From an uncultured bacterium (lineage in GTDB: Bacteria > Auribacterota > Erginobacteria > Erginobacterales > Erginobacteraceae): a DNA stretch of 64,000 nucleotides. Positions 28,401-39,833 of this stretch are shown piece by piece. The position numbers and the translations under genes are program-made. How positions within the stretch are numbered: the first letter of the stretch is position 1; each line of letters starts with the position of its first letter. The notes beneath the pieces are model-generated. The model saw only the letters and a program-made list of their open reading frames with translations, ran no database searches and was not told where the DNA came from. Location of the stretch: positions 1 to 64,000 of the forward strand of contig CAWGIE010000036.1 in NCBI GenBank assembly GCA_963822585.1, read 5' to 3'.

Positions 28401-31400
28401 ACATCGTCCAGGGTAACATTGAAGGCGGAGGAGTTGCTGGGGGATGAGTTGACGACCGAGAAGGTGAAGGTGACGGTCGTCCCCGCCTCGCCGTGGTCGG
28501 GAACCGCGGTCTTGGTCACGGTCAGGGTCGGCTCGACGACGGTCTCGGTGACCTGGGCCGAGGTGTCGGTGTGGAAGGTCCCCGCGTCCCCGTCAACGGC
28601 GTACCAGCGGATATAGCCCCGGTCGACCTGGGTGTTCCCCCGGACCACGCAGCCGCTGGTGTAGGTCTGGTCGACGAAGGTGGTGATGGTGACCGTGGCG
28701 TCAATCCCGGTCTGGCCCGGCCCGAAGTCTCCGAAAACGCCGGTGACGCTGGTGGTCCCGTTGGCCAGCTCGGTCCAGACGGCGAATCCGGAGGGAGAGG
28801 TGGTGGCATTGGTCACCGTGAGCCGATTGGGCACGGTGTCGGTCACGGCGAGATCATAGGCCCATACATCGGTGGGGATGTCGACCGAGATGGTGTAGGT
28901 CAGCGGCTCCCCGATGGTGACGGTGTTTCCGGGGGTGTATCCTTCCGATGCCTGGGCCTTGGTCACGTCGGCCTCGGCGGTATAATGGGTCACCGCGTCG
29001 GGGCCGATCCCGGGATAGACCCTCTCATCCGGGTCGGGACCCGGCAGGGAGGAGTATTCGGTCACCCGGGCGGAATCGGTCATGTGCTGCCCCGCTCCCA
29101 CCGTGGTGTCGACGAAGACATGATAGTCGATGGTGACGGTCTCGCCGGCCTCGATCCGGGAATCGGAGGTATTGGATGATACCGGCAGTGAGGCATCGCT
29201 GGAGACAAAGGTGATGGTAAAGGTCTGCCCCGACCAGGCGGTGGTGTAATCCCCGGGGGAAGAGAGGGTCCGGCCGCCGACGTCGATATTATCAATGCCG
29301 GGACCGGTCCCCCGCATCCCCTCCGGGATCAGGTCGGTGATCACGGTGTCGAACGCGGTATTCCAGCCGGTGTTGTCGAACGTTACCTGGTAGTACACGG
29401 TCTGGCCGCCCTGAACCGGGTTCCCGGTAGTGGTGGACTTGTCGAAAGCGGAAAGGACCGGCTGATCGACATCGGTCCGGATATCGGTATCGTCGGTAAA
29501 GCGATCGGTGGAGCCATTCCCATCGGAGAAGGTGGACCAGTCGATCTCCCCGTCGTTCAAAGCATGGTCTCCGGCGGCGGGCGGGTTCCAGACCGTGTCC
29601 CCTCCCCCGTCGGCCAGGCCGGTCACCAGGAGAGCGTAATCGACCCGGAAGGAGTACTCGGTGTCGCCCCAGGGGACGCCGGAACTGGCGTTGACGATCG
29701 GGTTCATGTCCCAGAAGATGGTCATCCCGGGATTGGGATCGGTATAGGAAACCCAGGCCGGCTCGGTCGAGGTGACGAAGGAGACGCCTTCGACCGGGTA
29801 GCCGGTGACGTCGGAAAAGGTGGATGTCCCCGCCACGTAGTAGAGCCCGTCTTCATGAATGATGTCATAGAGGTCGGGCCAGTAGGCGGTCGTCTCGGGG
29901 GGAACGGTGACGTCCAGACGATAGTAGACGGTCTCCCCGATCGTGGCCGGGGAGCCGGAGATGATGGACTTGACGATCGCTAGGTCATTAGTCGTGAGCG
30001 CAAGCCAACCGCTCCCATCCGAGTACTGGCGGATGTCGGGGTTTCCCGGATCATAGGGAAGAGAATAGTAGGTATCGACCTGCGCGAAGTTGGAGAACTC
30101 GGTGAATGCCCCCACGTCGTAATCAATAGAGGCTTTATAGTAGACCAGCATCCTCTCGTCCGGGTCCAGCCGGGCCGGGGACGTTGTCAGCGGGGTGTTG
30201 AAGTCAATCCCCAGCCGCCCCGAGGCGCCGTCCCAGGAACTGAGATAATCGGCGGGCGTCGTCAGCGTCCGGTCGATGGAACCGTAGGGCGGCGTGTCGA
30301 CGCCGACGGCCACGATCGTGGGGGCGGTGTCCCGCATCTCTTCGGGGAGGACATCGTTGAATCGGGTGCTGTAGGCGGTGGAGGTGACGGCGGTATCGGC
30401 ATTGTCGAACTGGACCCGGAAATAGACCTCATCCCCGGCCTGAACCGGGCTGGGATCGCCGCCTTCAAATGCCTTGACGAATGAACCGATGTCGGGCTCG
30501 ATGATGCCGACATCGGCCGAGTCGCTGTCATTATAGGTGTTGGTCTGGTAGGTGAAGGAGATAGCGGCATTGTTGGTCTGGGTGAGACCGGCCCAGTTCA
30601 CCCCGTCGGAGTCCACCCGGGCTTCGATGTCGATGGTGACGGTGGTGGCCTGGGTTATACCATTCCAGGTGACCTCGATCGTTCCCGCCACCGGATCGGC
30701 GGTGCTGGTGGCCCAGGTCGCGGGGGTGACCGTGTGGCCCAGATACTCGAGACCCGGCGTGGGCAACTGGTCGGTGATGTTTATGTTTGTATAGTCCGGG
30801 TTCTGGAAGTCGGCGATGACGGAGAAGTAAACCGTCTCCCCGATGGTAGCCACGGTATCCGAGTGCTTGCTGAAGCTGGCGTTGGAGGCATAGACGGTGG
30901 TCTCGTCGTCACTGTAGTTGCAGCCGGTGGCGGCTCCCCCGGCGTCGACACACTGACCGATCACCTCGGCATAGTGGATCAGACTGCCCGTGCCGACATC
31001 GGCCGTAATCGTGTAGGTGCGCTGACCCGAGGCACCGATAACGCCGCCGCCGGGATCCGTGGAATCGAAGATCACCTGCTGGCCCACGACATTCCCCAGG
31101 GTAGTAGCAATATTTGAATATCCGGTTCCCAGCGTATGGTTCACCGTCCAGTCGTCGGCCCCGGAGGTTCCGTTATTGTCGAGGGTGACAGTGAAGGTGG
31201 CGGTTCCCCCGTCGATCACGATCTGGGTGGCGGGGAGGATGGTCAGGTCGAGATCGGGGTAGTCCGGCGTCACCGTGTAGGTGGTAAAGTCAACGCCATC
31301 GGTGACGTACGTCCCGCAGGTGTTGGAGTAACTCCCGACAGCCGATCCGCCGGCCGGCCCCGGTATCGGGGGATCAGTCGTGGGGTCGGTGTCGCAGGAG

Positions 31401-34400
31401 AAATCGGAGGGTTCCCGGTAGACGTTGAACGTAATCGTCAGGGTCTCATCGGGCCCGATGTAATCGTTCCCGTTGTTGATGTTCCCGCCCTGGGCACTGC
31501 CGGCGAAGCGGAGCTGCTGGGGCGTTCCGCCCAGGTCGACCGGCTCTTCCTCCGGCCCGGTGAAGGTGTGGGCCGGGTCGGAACTGGTGATCGTGGCGCC
31601 TCCTCCGCTGGAATCATAGAGATAGTTTTCGGGAACGGTGTAGGTGAAGTCGATATTGTCGGCGGTGGCCCCGTCGTTGACGACGTAAAAGACGATCGTT
31701 CCCGCGCAGGTGGTGAAATCGGAGAGTTCGTTCCAGCCGGGGAGCTGGAAATCGACCTCGGTGACCAGGGTGGCGAGCTGCTGCTTGCTCCCCGAGGTGC
31801 AGCCGAGGCTCTGGCATCCCCAGGTCGCATCGACGGTATTGTAGGAGAGCGCCTGGCATCCGTCGGAAGCGACGATGGCCTCGATAGCGGCGACGAAGGG
31901 GAGTTCCGTGCCGACGAACCAGGAGACAACCTGCCCGCTCTGATAGTCGGGGGCCGGGTCAGCGGTCGAGTAGGTGACGGTGGAAGGCAACGTGTCGGTG
32001 AAGGTTACAAACTGGGCGTCGGTGTTGCCGGCATTGGTCAGGGTCACCCGCCAGTACACGGTGTCGCCGGCGTCGGCGATGACCGGGTCGGTGGAAAGGG
32101 GGCCCCCGGGGTCCCGGGTCTCGTTCCGTCCTTCCTTGACGATCTGGACGTCCATGTCGTTGAGATTGAGATCGGCCAGCGTTTCGTTGGTGGTACCAAA
32201 CGCCCCGCAGGGAGTGAAAAAACCGGCCCGGGAGCGGAAAACCTGATCACCGGAGGGGAAGTCGCAATCGGCCTCGACCTCGAACCGGATCTGGACCCGG
32301 GCACCGACGGGGAGATCGGCAAACTCGGGGACGTGGGTCTGGGCGGTCCACTGGTAGGGGTAGGTCTGGGCCGGCCAGTAGTCGGGATCCGGTGTGTCCG
32401 TGTATCCCGTCCAGCCGGACCCGGCATTGTACCGGTACTCCGAACTCCCGCTCACATAATCGGCCCCGAGGGGGAGCTGCTCGCCGGCGTTAATATCATA
32501 GATGTTGGTCTGCCCGCTGTTTCTGACCTCGAAAATAACCGGCGCGGTGCTGCAGAGGTCGACCGCCACCGGAAAGGTCGTCACCCCGAGCAGCCCCGGC
32601 GGCGGAATGAGCACCAGGGACTCGGCCAGGTTGGAGGTCTGGCAGGACCCGGTGGTGAGGCAGCCCCATTCGGCATAGACTTCGTTGTTGAGGTGGTCGC
32701 AGTTGTCGATATGAGCCCCCAGGGTCACGGTCACCGTTCCCCCGGCGACCAGGTCGTTGAAGTACCCTTCGCCGTCAAGGTCGGTGAGACCGTGCCAGGC
32801 CGCGGTCAGGCTCTGGAAGTTCCAGGTGATCACCTGTCCGGACACGTCCTCGGGGGCAGGGACGCCGAAATAATAGGAGAGGTCGGTATCCAGAGTGTCA
32901 ATCACCTCCAGGTTATAGGCGGCGCCGTCGCCGCCGTTGATCACGGTCAGGGACCACTCGGCGTAATCTTCGGTGGCATAGTAGGCCTCCGGCATCTTGA
33001 CCATCGATATGTTCCCTTCCCGGACCCACAGCGGCTGGTCCGGACCGGCGGAGACCGAGGACTCGCGGGGGATGGTCCCGTCATCGCAGCGGTCGTTGTA
33101 CTCGGCCTCGGCTTCGTACGTATAGACGCCGGCGGAGCAGGGCATCCGGAGGTCGACCAGGATGTTTCCCACCGCCGTCATGTCCCCGCTCCCGCCGCCC
33201 TGGGTGGAGAAGTCCCAGCGCAGTTCTCCCGGAGTCGAGGTGTCGGGCTCGAAGGCGAGGATGGCGCCCCCGCCGTCCTCGGTGAAGGTCCCGGTAAAAA
33301 CGGTGCTGCCGGGCATGTAGTAGTAGTTGTCGGTTCCGTCCCCGTCGGGATCGACGTCAAGAATCACCAGGAGATCGTAGGCGATGTACCCGTTCTTGGA
33401 GAGGGAAATGGTGTGCGTCTCGACGCCGCAGCGGTCGGTGATCGCGGGGCCGCTGAGGCCGATGCCCATCGAGGAACGATTGATGGTGACCGGGAGCCAG
33501 TTGCGTTCCTGGGAGCACCCGGCGATCGTCAGGTCGGACTCACTGTACACGGTCCCGGTGGAATCGTCGGCCTGGAAGGAGTAGACGATGACCAGCGATG
33601 AGGCACTGTCGGGAGAAGGGCAGCCGGGGGCGCTGTCCAGCCCTTCCAGGTAGACCTCGAAGACGCCCCCGGCCCCGGCGTTGTCGGAGACGTAGGTCTG
33701 ATAGTTGAAGCCGTCGACATAGACCGCGTCCAGGGAAGAATAGGCCTGGCTGAGGACCATGTCGTCGGTCATGGTCGAGCCGGCCCAGCTCGCGGGGAGG
33801 CCTGCTCCCCCCAGAGTATAGGTATTGGTGTAGGTGGCGAAGGTGCAGACCTCCACCGTTCCGGGACCCGCCCGTGTCCCGTCCACGTTGCAGGTGCCGT
33901 CGCAGCCCGGCGTGTCCTCGACGTAGAAAGTCTGGGAGTCGCTGTCCCCGGAGATCGTGCACAGGTGGCAGTCGGTCCCCCCGGTCACGGTGGCGGTGTT
34001 GGTATAGGGGCCGACCGCGGGGCCGACGCAGGGATCGGTCAGCCCCATCCAGAAAGTCGCGTTCCAGGTGTCGCCGTCGTTCAGTGTCGGGGTCCAGGTG
34101 ATCTCGTTTCCGTCGTCAACCCCACCGCCGGAGATGGTCTGAATTGTCCATCCGGGGGACGGATTGGGGTAATCGTCGGTGATGGTCGGGGTGAACCCGT
34201 CGGGGCCGGAGTAATTTACCGTAACAGTAAAGACAATGGTGTCGTTGCCGTTGACGATGCCGGGGTTGGATTTGGAGATGGAGAGCGAGGGCATCCCGGT
34301 CATCGAGACGGGATAGATCGCCACCGGGGGGGCGAAGGGGTTGTTGCACTGGTCGTCATAGAGGGGGAGCCAGAGGGTGTTCTGAGAATCCGGGTTCGGG

Positions 34401-35602
34401 GGGCAGGAGCCGTCCGGCCAGTCGATGTCGTAGGAGAAATAGACGGTGTCGTTGGCGGGGACCGTGCCGACGGTAAAATCACCCGCGGAGTAAACGGCCC
34501 CCGTCACGCCGGTGATCTCGTAACCAGTGGTATCAAGGGATGTGTCGAGCACCAGGTTGTAGGCGTCTCCCACTTCCGGGTCGGGAGAGCCGGGGTCGCC
34601 GTTGGTGACCGCCACGGTGATGGTGGTCTGCGTGCAGTAATCGATCCCGATCATCGACGGGGAGAGATCGAAACTGATATCCGGCGGTTTGAGCTGGTAG
34701 TCGATGGTGGCGGTGGCGGTCCCCGGCGGAACCTCGGTGGCGGTATCGAGGCAGATGGCGTCGGGAACGCTGGTCATCCCCTCGCAGCCGAAGGAGGCAT
34801 TAACGGCATTGTCGAGGCCGGTGCAGGCGTTGACCAGGGCGGTCAGGGTGATCCATTCCACGGCATCGGGGGCCATCTCGGCCAGACCGGGGATATCCGC
34901 CGCTGTCCAGTAGTAGGTCGATCCGATGGATGACCCCGGGGCGGGATCGGCGTCAACGTAGGAGATGCCGGCGCCGAAGGTATCCCGCACCATGACGTTC
35001 TTGATGCTTCCCAGGCCGCTGCTCTCGATCTTGATCGTGTAGGTGGTCCACTCCCCCCGGGAGGCCTCCTGGGTGACGGGGTTCTTGATGACGTTGATAT
35101 CGCCCGGGTAAACGGTCACGAACAGGGAGTCGGTGTCCGACTGATGGTTAGGCGCGGGGAAGTCGAAGTCAACCGTGAGGTCATTGTCCCCGCTGACGCC
35201 GGCGCAGTCGATCTCCAGGTTGAACTTGATATCGAGTGACTGGCCCGGCGTAAGATAAATGTCAGTGCCGGGTCCGAAGAGGGCGTCGAGGTCCCAGGTC
35301 AGATTATCGCCGGAGGGCGAAGGATTGGCGTTGCTGCCGGAAAGGGAGCCCGCGGGCGTGGTGATAACGGCGGAATCATCCTGAAAGACAAAGCCGTCGG
35401 GGGGCACCGTGTTGATGACGACGATGTTTTCGCCGGTAGCGGCCGCCCAAGAGGGGTTTCCCACCGTGATGTAGTAGGTGTCAGCCTCACACTGGTTGGC
35501 CGCCGTCTCACCGGTTATGGTGACGGTGAGCGGGAAAGCCGGGCCGGCCAGGATAAGGCCGGCCAGAAGCAGAATAGCAGAAAGAGAGCGAATATCCCTC
35601 AT
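25442..35602 (-). CDS. giant secreted surface protein with many DUF11/isopeptide-pilin-like Ig repeats
   Basis: AAGGAG RBS, signal peptide, recurring K....GETVxY.V...N.G...A..V...D.LP modules, acidic/Thr-rich, Cys pairs, then a TP array. Confidence 0.9.
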   Translation of the reverse strand: MRDIRSLSAILLLAGLILAGPAFPLTVTITGETAANQCEADTYYITVGNPSWAAATGENIVVINTVPPDGFVFQDDSAVITTPAGSLSGSNANPSPSGDNLTWDLDALFGPGTDIYLTPGQSLDIKFNLEIDCAGVSGDNDLTVDFDFPAPNHQSDTDSLFVTVYPGDINVIKNPVTQEASRGEWTTYTIKIESSGLGSIKNVMVRDTFGAGISYVDADPAPGSSIGSTYYWTAADIPGLAEMAPDAVEWITLTALVNACTGLDNAVNASFGCEGMTSVPDAICLDTATEVPPGTATATIDYQLKPPDISFDLSPSMIGIDYCTQTTITVAVTNGDPGSPDPEVGDAYNLVLDTSLDTTGYEITGVTGAVYSAGDFTVGTVPANDTVYFSYDIDWPDGSCPPNPDSQNTLWLPLYDDQCNNPFAPPVAIYPVSMTGMPSLSISKSNPGIVNGNDTIVFTVTVNYSGPDGFTPTITDDYPNPSPGWTIQTISGGGVDDGNEITWTPTLNDGDTWNATFWMGLTDPCVGPAVGPYTNTATVTGGTDCHLCTISGDSDSQTFYVEDTPGCDGTCNVDGTRAGPGTVEVCTFATYTNTYTLGGAGLPASWAGSTMTDDMVLSQAYSSLDAVYVDGFNYQTYVSDNAGAGGVFEVYLEGLDSAPGCPSPDSASSLVIVYSFQADDSTGTVYSESDLTIAGCSQERNWLPVTINRSSMGIGLSGPAITDRCGVETHTISLSKNGYIAYDLLVILDVDPDGDGTDNYYYMPGSTVFTGTFTEDGGGAILAFEPDTSTPGELRWDFSTQGGGSGDMTAVGNILVDLRMPCSAGVYTYEAEAEYNDRCDDGTIPRESSVSAGPDQPLWVREGNISMVKMPEAYYATEDYAEWSLTVINGGDGAAYNLEVIDTLDTDLSYYFGVPAPEDVSGQVITWNFQSLTAAWHGLTDLDGEGYFNDLVAGGTVTVTLGAHIDNCDHLNNEVYAEWGCLTTGSCQTSNLAESLVLIPPPGLLGVTTFPVAVDLCSTAPVIFEVRNSGQTNIYDINAGEQLPLGADYVSGSSEYRYNAGSGWTGYTDTPDPDYWPAQTYPYQWTAQTHVPEFADLPVGARVQIRFEVEADCDFPSGDQVFRSRAGFFTPCGAFGTTNETLADLNLNDMDVQIVKEGRNETRDPGGPLSTDPVIADAGDTVYWRVTLTNAGNTDAQFVTFTDTLPSTVTYSTADPAPDYQSGQVVSWFVGTELPFVAAIEAIVASDGCQALSYNTVDATWGCQSLGCTSGSKQQLATLVTEVDFQLPGWNELSDFTTCAGTIVFYVVNDGATADNIDFTYTVPENYLYDSSGGGATITSSDPAHTFTGPEEEPVDLGGTPQQLRFAGSAQGGNINNGNDYIGPDETLTITFNVYREPSDFSCDTDPTTDPPIPGPAGGSAVGSYSNTCGTYVTDGVDFTTYTVTPDYPDLDLTILPATQIVIDGGTATFTVTLDNNGTSGADDWTVNHTLGTGYSNIATTLGNVVGQQVIFDSTDPGGGVIGASGQRTYTITADVGTGSLIHYAEVIGQCVDAGGAATGCNYSDDETTVYASNASFSKHSDTVATIGETVYFSVIADFQNPDYTNINITDQLPTPGLEYLGHTVTPATWATSTADPVAGTIEVTWNGITQATTVTIDIEARVDSDGVNWAGLTQTNNAAISFTYQTNTYNDSDSADVGIIEPDIGSFVKAFEGGDPSPVQAGDEVYFRVQFDNADTAVTSTAYSTRFNDVLPEEMRDTAPTIVAVGVDTPPYGSIDRTLTTPADYLSSWDGASGRLGIDFNTPLTTSPARLDPDERMLVYYKASIDYDVGAFTEFSNFAQVDTYYSLPYDPGNPDIRQYSDGSGWLALTTNDLAIVKSIISGSPATIGETVYYRLDVTVPPETTAYWPDLYDIIHEDGLYYVAGTSTFSDVTGYPVEGVSFVTSTEPAWVSYTDPNPGMTIFWDMNPIVNASSGVPWGDTEYSFRVDYALLVTGLADGGGDTVWNPPAAGDHALNDGEIDWSTFSDGNGSTDRFTDDTDIRTDVDQPVLSAFDKSTTTGNPVQGGQTVYYQVTFDNTGWNTAFDTVITDLIPEGMRGTGPGIDNIDVGGRTLSSPGDYTTAWSGQTFTITFVSSDASLPVSSNTSDSRIEAGETVTIDYHVFVDTTVGAGQHMTDSARVTEYSSLPGPDPDERVYPGIGPDAVTHYTAEADVTKAQASEGYTPGNTVTIGEPLTYTISVDIPTDVWAYDLAVTDTVPNRLTVTNATTSPSGFAVWTELANGTTSVTGVFGDFGPGQTGIDATVTITTFVDQTYTSGCVVRGNTQVDRGYIRWYAVDGDAGTFHTDTSAQVTETVVEPTLTVTKTAVPDHGEAGTTVTFTFSVVNSSPSNSSAFNVTLDDVIPGDMTWADNITPISGPAFTADTSSLPSVTFTWQTIAVGATSQFSFDVTLNDTVTPNQIITNTGDLDWTSLPGSDPHERDGSGSGCNNYLDSDDADVTVDDSLAVVKSLLGDGDGVIGETFQYRVDLTLNEGTMTGVELEDVLDPGLAFVSPESFTIDPAISFTGLTAPVITNDGGTVTWTLGTVVNPAGGSSDIVTIVYDVVILNTFGNLNGVLLNNRVDLTYDGGADFSTASDTEVLEPKLSVAKTLSSQTGDAGDTVTVTVTFNHATESTAIAYDVFLAEVVTDGLIWSDNVQQWSGPASFSWDTSGLPEVIFSWDSIDLYYTSVDPVYFTFDVTLEDWVEPNQIFPDTVDLQWTSWTIGTEQVSPYNNNSFERSGDPDAGGEWNDYTDDDSKQITVDDISLVKLLLGDGDAVIGETFPYQVTVALPEGITASAVLEDNLDPGLAFVSLESFVYDPAITFSGSTAPVITGQGGTVTWNLGTITNPPGPTGDTITIDYTVCVTNVFGNQDGTLLDNQVDLTYDTGFNSVTAPDTEVLEPDLEVMKEFSPQSGVIGDTLTVTLSVYHTGSSRAAAFDVELEDVIPDKFNWENNLTAISGPAFSADTGSLPDLSISWPDIALFYVQTNPVQLSFDLSINGTAAPYDIIFNTAGVEWTSLSGDPGQVSPYNPDAYQRTGDDGDPGEDNDYEDETAAPAGVLATPTPTPTPSVTPTPSVTPTPSVTPTPSVTPTPTPSVTPTPSVTPTPSVTPTPSVTPTPTPSVTPTPSVTPTPSVTPTPSVTPTPTPSVTPTPSVTPTPSVTPTPSVTPTPSVTPTPTPSVTPTPSVTPTPSVTPTPSVTPTPSVTPTPSVTPTPSVTPTPSLTPTPSVTPTPSVTPTPSVTPTPSVTPTPTPSVTPTPSVTPTPSVTPTPSVTPTPSVTPTPSVTPTPSVTPTPSVTPTPSVTPTPSVTPTPSVTPTPSVTPTPSSPHLHHPTLLTHPIITHPP
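25500..26295 (-). repeat. coding tandem repeat (TPTPSV)n, 18-bp unit, about 40 copies
   Basis: Visible in the translation; synonymous variation between units. Confidence 0.95.
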
Positions 35603-35664
35603 GGGAATCTCCTTATTAAAATAAATATAATAAAAATGGCAAATAGACTTTATATAAATAGTTT

Positions 35665-35694
35665 ATTTTATCCGTGATCAGTGAAGTAAGTCAA
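35665..35694 (-). promoter_or_regulatory. sigma70-type promoter candidate for the giant gene
   Basis: TTGACT-18 nt-TAAAAT about 60 nt upstream of the start. Confidence 0.4.
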
Positions 35695-36048
35695 AGAAAG
35701 TTTCTGCCTGAGGAAAAAAAGATTATAGATACATGCTACCCACTATAAATTAGCGCCTTCGGCGCTAATTTATGTGGACCCCCAATTTATTCAGTCGGGG
35801 GTCTGTTGGTTAAACTAAAATAGCCCCATCGAGGCGCTCGCACAAAAAAGCCTTCCAACCATTATCAAACATGAGCCTCCCGGGACATGATTTTATGTCA
35901 GCTTGAAGTATCCAGTTCTTAATTTTTCCATAGGAAAAATAAGATTATTGTGCGCCAGAGGCGCACCCCGATGAATATCGGGGAAATTCTGAAATATCTG
36001 TATACGGAATGCAGTGATCCGGGAAAAAATACGAGCAGGGAATACCGG

Positions 36049-36384
36049 TTATGAATCGATCAATCCCCGGTCATGGAATACCCGATAGATGGTCTTGATC
36101 GAACAGGGAAGGTCAAACCGTTCCTTAATGGCCCCGCCGCCCCACTTCGGCCGGTTTTTTTTCAGATCGACGATCCGGTTTTCAAGCTCGCTGGATATTT
36201 TATTCGCGATCCGGTGCGGCGCGCGGCTTAAGTCTTGCAATCCTTCTATGCCGTTTTCTTCATAGCGCCGCTTCCACTTGCGGACGGTTTTCCGGGTCAC
36301 GCCGTACTCCCGGGCGGCGTGACTGATGGAGAATCGGGCGGCCGTCTCCGCTATCATCATCCTATCTTTAACAGACTCATTCAT
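36049..36384 (-). CDS. stand-alone HTH protein resembling the IS481-family transposase N-terminus
   Basis: SISHAAREYGVTRKTVRKWKRRY..G.EGL.D.SRAP and PKWG..I motifs; no DDE domain. Confidence 0.8.
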   Translation of the reverse strand: MNESVKDRMMIAETAARFSISHAAREYGVTRKTVRKWKRRYEENGIEGLQDLSRAPHRIANKISSELENRIVDLKKNRPKWGGGAIKERFDLPCSIKTIYRVFHDRGLIDS

Positions 36385-36462
36385 TTTATTATTTTTACTT
36401 CGTAAAAATAATAGTTTTGATACTTTTGTCGGTAGGCATGACCGTATTTAAATTTAATTTAT

Positions 36463-36478
36463 TGCAAAAATCGTGCCA
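36463..36478 (-). promoter_or_regulatory. sigma54 -24/-12 promoter
   Basis: TGGCACGATTTTTGCA (full consensus) about 80 nt upstream of the HTH gene. Confidence 0.82.
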
Positions 36479-36617
36479 GATTATTCAAGCCTGTTTTTAT
36501 ACGGGAAAATGATTTCGGCGCTCTGAAAACCGGCAGATATAGCCGGCACCCCGGCAGATATTGCCCGGTTTCGGGAGTTCATTGACAGTAAAGAATTTTT
36601 TCGGTACACTTCTCCCC

Positions 36618-39437
36618 ATGACGCTTCCCAGCCATCTTCTCCGGACCGTCCTGGTCAGCCTGGCGATCGCCTTTCTCCTCACCCTTCTCTACCTGGCCGG
36701 AGCCTTTGAAGAGGCCGAGAACCTCAGTTACGATGCCGTCATCAGGCTGGAAGGTGAACAGGCCAGAGCCGAAGCCCTGATCATGGTCGTAATCGACGAA
36801 TCCAGCCTCACCCAGCTGGGCCGCTGGCCCTGGCCGCGGGATTTGACGGCGGAACTCCTGAAGAAGATCTCGGAAGGCGGCCCGGCGGCGATCGGGGTGG
36901 ATATCGGCTTCTTCGAGCCCGATCTCCATAACCCCGAACACGATGAAAAACTGGTCGCGGTAACGGAAGAATCGGGACGGGTGATCCTCCCCGTTTACCT
37001 GGCCGATCAGCCGTCCCTGGGGGAGATTGTCGCCGTCCGGAAACCGTTCCCCGCCCTGTATGCGGCGGCCGCGGCGATCGGGCACGTTCACACCGAACCG
37101 TCACCGGATGGGGTGGTCCGCAAGGTGTATCTTCTCCAGGAATGCGGTGACGAATCGGTTCCGGCCTTCGCGGTCCGCTGCCTCGATCAGTACCTCGCCT
37201 CGACCGGTAAGGAGAATGCCGTCCGGTATGGGGAGAACGAGGTGCGGATCGGTAACATTCTCATACCCACCCTGAGCAGGCAGGCCGGCGACCGGGAGAA
37301 GGTGGCCGGCTTGATCGGCCAGGATCACCTCCTCTACATCCGTTTTGCCGGGCCGGCGGGGAGCTTCCTCCGCCTTCCGGCCTGGGAGGTGCTCACGCCC
37401 GACTTTCCCCGCCAGATCTTCCGGGAGAAGATCGTTCTCGTCGGCTCGACCGCCGCCGGGCTGGGTGATTTCTCCATGACCCCCCTCTCCGCCGAGCGGA
37501 ACCCCATGCCCGGGGTGGAGATCCAGGCCAATATTATTAACACCATCCTGACCGGGAACTTCATCACCAGGCCGCCGATGCTCCTGGCGGTAGCCCTGAT
37601 TTTTGCCTTCAGTCTGATCAGCGGCTGGTTTTTTTATACCTTGAGCACCCGGGGAGCGTTCGTGGTTTTTTTGCTTTTGCTCCTGGCAACGGCCGGGTTC
37701 TATCTGCTCTTTCTGCTCCGGTTCCGCCTCTGGATGGAGGTCTGGCCCCTGTTGGCCGCGGTTCTGCTCAATTACCTCACGGTCACCGCCCGCAAGCTCG
37801 GTTTTCTCTTCCGGTCTCTCGACGGGGAGATCGCCGCCCTGGACCGGATACAGAAGATCGCCCCTCCCCTCCCCGGGTCTCCGGGAGGAGAGCCGTTCTT
37901 CGCGGCTTTTTCCCCCTTTCTTTCTTCCCTGCTCGGGATCGATACCGCCTTTCTCCTGGCCCATGCCCCGGGGGACAAAAACCTGACCGTCCTCGAATCC
38001 TGGGGCGTGAAAGCCCCGGACGGCGCCGGGGAGAGTTTCCTCCCTCCTCCGGTCTTCCGAGAAATGGATGAGCCCCGGGAAGTTGCCTGTCCGCAGGTAC
38101 CCCGCTCGCTCTTTGGAGAGGGAGACATAAACGGGACCTGCCTGGTCATCCCTCTGGACGGAGACGGGAAGAGACTCGGTTACCTGGTGTCAGTGCGCGC
38201 TTCCGGAAGCCATTTCACCCCGGAGGAGATCTCGGCCGGGAGAACGGTCGCCTACCACCTCGGTCATGCCCTCCGAAAACGGGAAGAGTACACCCGCGCC
38301 CGGGAGGCGGGTGGAAGCGTCATCCACTTTTTTCATCCCGGAGGGATGGAGAGGAAAATTCTCAGCCTGGGACTGCTCTCCCGGGCGATCACCTATGAAC
38401 AGATCCTCCTCTCCTCCATGCTCGGAAGCATCGCGGACGGCGTTATCGTCTCCGACCTGCTCGGGAACATCCTCCTCGTCAATCCGCGGGCCCGGCGCAT
38501 CCTGGACGCCGGAGGAGAAAGAACCGGGGATTTCATCATCACGGACCTGCTGCGGAGGTTCCTCGCTCTCTCTCCCGGCCAGTTCGCCCCCCTTCTTTTG
38601 AGCATCATCACCGGCGGGGAAACGGTCACCCGGGAGATCACGGTAGCCGGGCGGATCTATCTTCTTTCCCTGACAGCGATCAGAAGGAAAGAAGGCATCC
38701 CGGGAGGGATCATGGCCGTCTTCACCGACATCACCTACCTCAAGGAACTGGACAGCCTGCGGGCGGAGACCATGGCCATGCTCTCGCATGAGATTAAAAA
38801 TCCCCTGTCCGGGATCATGTCTTTCTGCGATCTTTTCCTGGGCGGGGATCTGAAACCGGAGGAGATTTCTCATTATATTCATCTGATCAGGACCGCGGTG
38901 AGCGGGCTCAATACCCTGGTCGGCGACTATCTGACAGTGACCCGACTGGAATCCGGCGTCCAGGTCCCGGGCCTGACCTCCCTCAACCTGGCCGGGGTGG
39001 CACACGAATCGATTGACCTCCTCGCGCCCCGGGCCCGGGAAAAAGGGATCGAGATCGAGAGCGACCTCCCCCTCGCCCTGCCCGAGATACCAGGTGACGA
39101 GACCATGCTCCGCCAGGTCTGCAACAACCTGATCGGGAACGCGATTCAGTACAGCCCCTCCGGTACCCGGATCACGGTCACCGTCTCCCCGGGCCCCGAC
39201 CGGGTTGTGCTCCGGGTCGCCGACCGGGGGTACGGAATCCCGGAAGAGGACCGGGAGAAAATTTTCGAAAAGTTCTACCGGGGCGGCAGAACCCGGAAGA
39301 TAACGGGAACGGGCCTGGGGCTCACCATCACCAAAAAAATCGTTGAGAGGCACGGGGGAGAGATCTCCGTGGATGAAAGACCGGGAGGGGGATCGGTTTT
39401 TTCAGTTGTATTCCCGGTGGGGAACGGTGATCAGTGA
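36618..39437 (+). CDS. CHASE2-GAF-PAS sensor histidine kinase
   Basis: IDE.SL..LGRWPWPR and MPGVEIQAN (CHASE2), 3 TM helices, SHEIKNPL H-box, N/G1/F/G2 boxes. Confidence 0.93.
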   Translation: MTLPSHLLRTVLVSLAIAFLLTLLYLAGAFEEAENLSYDAVIRLEGEQARAEALIMVVIDESSLTQLGRWPWPRDLTAELLKKISEGGPAAIGVDIGFFEPDLHNPEHDEKLVAVTEESGRVILPVYLADQPSLGEIVAVRKPFPALYAAAAAIGHVHTEPSPDGVVRKVYLLQECGDESVPAFAVRCLDQYLASTGKENAVRYGENEVRIGNILIPTLSRQAGDREKVAGLIGQDHLLYIRFAGPAGSFLRLPAWEVLTPDFPRQIFREKIVLVGSTAAGLGDFSMTPLSAERNPMPGVEIQANIINTILTGNFITRPPMLLAVALIFAFSLISGWFFYTLSTRGAFVVFLLLLLATAGFYLLFLLRFRLWMEVWPLLAAVLLNYLTVTARKLGFLFRSLDGEIAALDRIQKIAPPLPGSPGGEPFFAAFSPFLSSLLGIDTAFLLAHAPGDKNLTVLESWGVKAPDGAGESFLPPPVFREMDEPREVACPQVPRSLFGEGDINGTCLVIPLDGDGKRLGYLVSVRASGSHFTPEEISAGRTVAYHLGHALRKREEYTRAREAGGSVIHFFHPGGMERKILSLGLLSRAITYEQILLSSMLGSIADGVIVSDLLGNILLVNPRARRILDAGGERTGDFIITDLLRRFLALSPGQFAPLLLSIITGGETVTREITVAGRIYLLSLTAIRRKEGIPGGIMAVFTDITYLKELDSLRAETMAMLSHEIKNPLSGIMSFCDLFLGGDLKPEEISHYIHLIRTAVSGLNTLVGDYLTVTRLESGVQVPGLTSLNLAGVAHESIDLLAPRAREKGIEIESDLPLALPEIPGDETMLRQVCNNLIGNAIQYSPSGTRITVTVSPGPDRVVLRVADRGYGIPEEDREKIFEKFYRGGRTRKITGTGLGLTITKKIVERHGGEISVDERPGGGSVFSVVFPVGNGDQ

Positions 39438-39566
39438 TCGGTAATCGGTAATCGGTAACCAGTGATCGGTAATCGGTAACCAGTGATCAGTAATCGGTAA
39501 CCAGTGATCAGTAATCGGTAACCAGTGATCAGTAATCGGTAATCAGTGATCAGTAATCGGTAATCG
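39427..39566. repeat. 20 tandem heptamers GT(A/G)A(T/C)C(A/G)
   Basis: Counted directly; higher-order 21-mer GTAACCA-GTGATCA-GTAATCG. Confidence 0.95.
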
Positions 39567-39833
39567 GTACATCGGTAAAAAATGGTGGCGAATTATCTAT
39601 TGTTTGATAAAATATTAGGAAAAATTTGCAGTACCATATTATTTTTTCCTTCCCCGATTAAAACGTCGGGGCGGAGCGAAAAATAATAGTCGGAATATAA
39701 TCAAATTTGCCACAGAGATACAAAAACACAAAGACACTTAAGAAATACATCAAACATAAGAAAAAGTATATTTTTAACATATTTTCTTTGTGCCTTGGTG
39801 TCTTGGTGGCATAAGTTGTGGAGATGCTTTTCA

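Noticed and set aside
31136..33601. 821-aa plus-strand ORF (likewise 8832-10652)
   Set aside because: Antisense to well-supported genes in GC-rich DNA; no recognisable motifs.
36049..36384. Active IS481 element
   Set aside because: No catalytic DDE domain or terminal inverted repeats seen.
39427..39566. Possible CRISPR array
   Set aside because: Contiguous 7-mers without unique spacers; no cas genes in the window.
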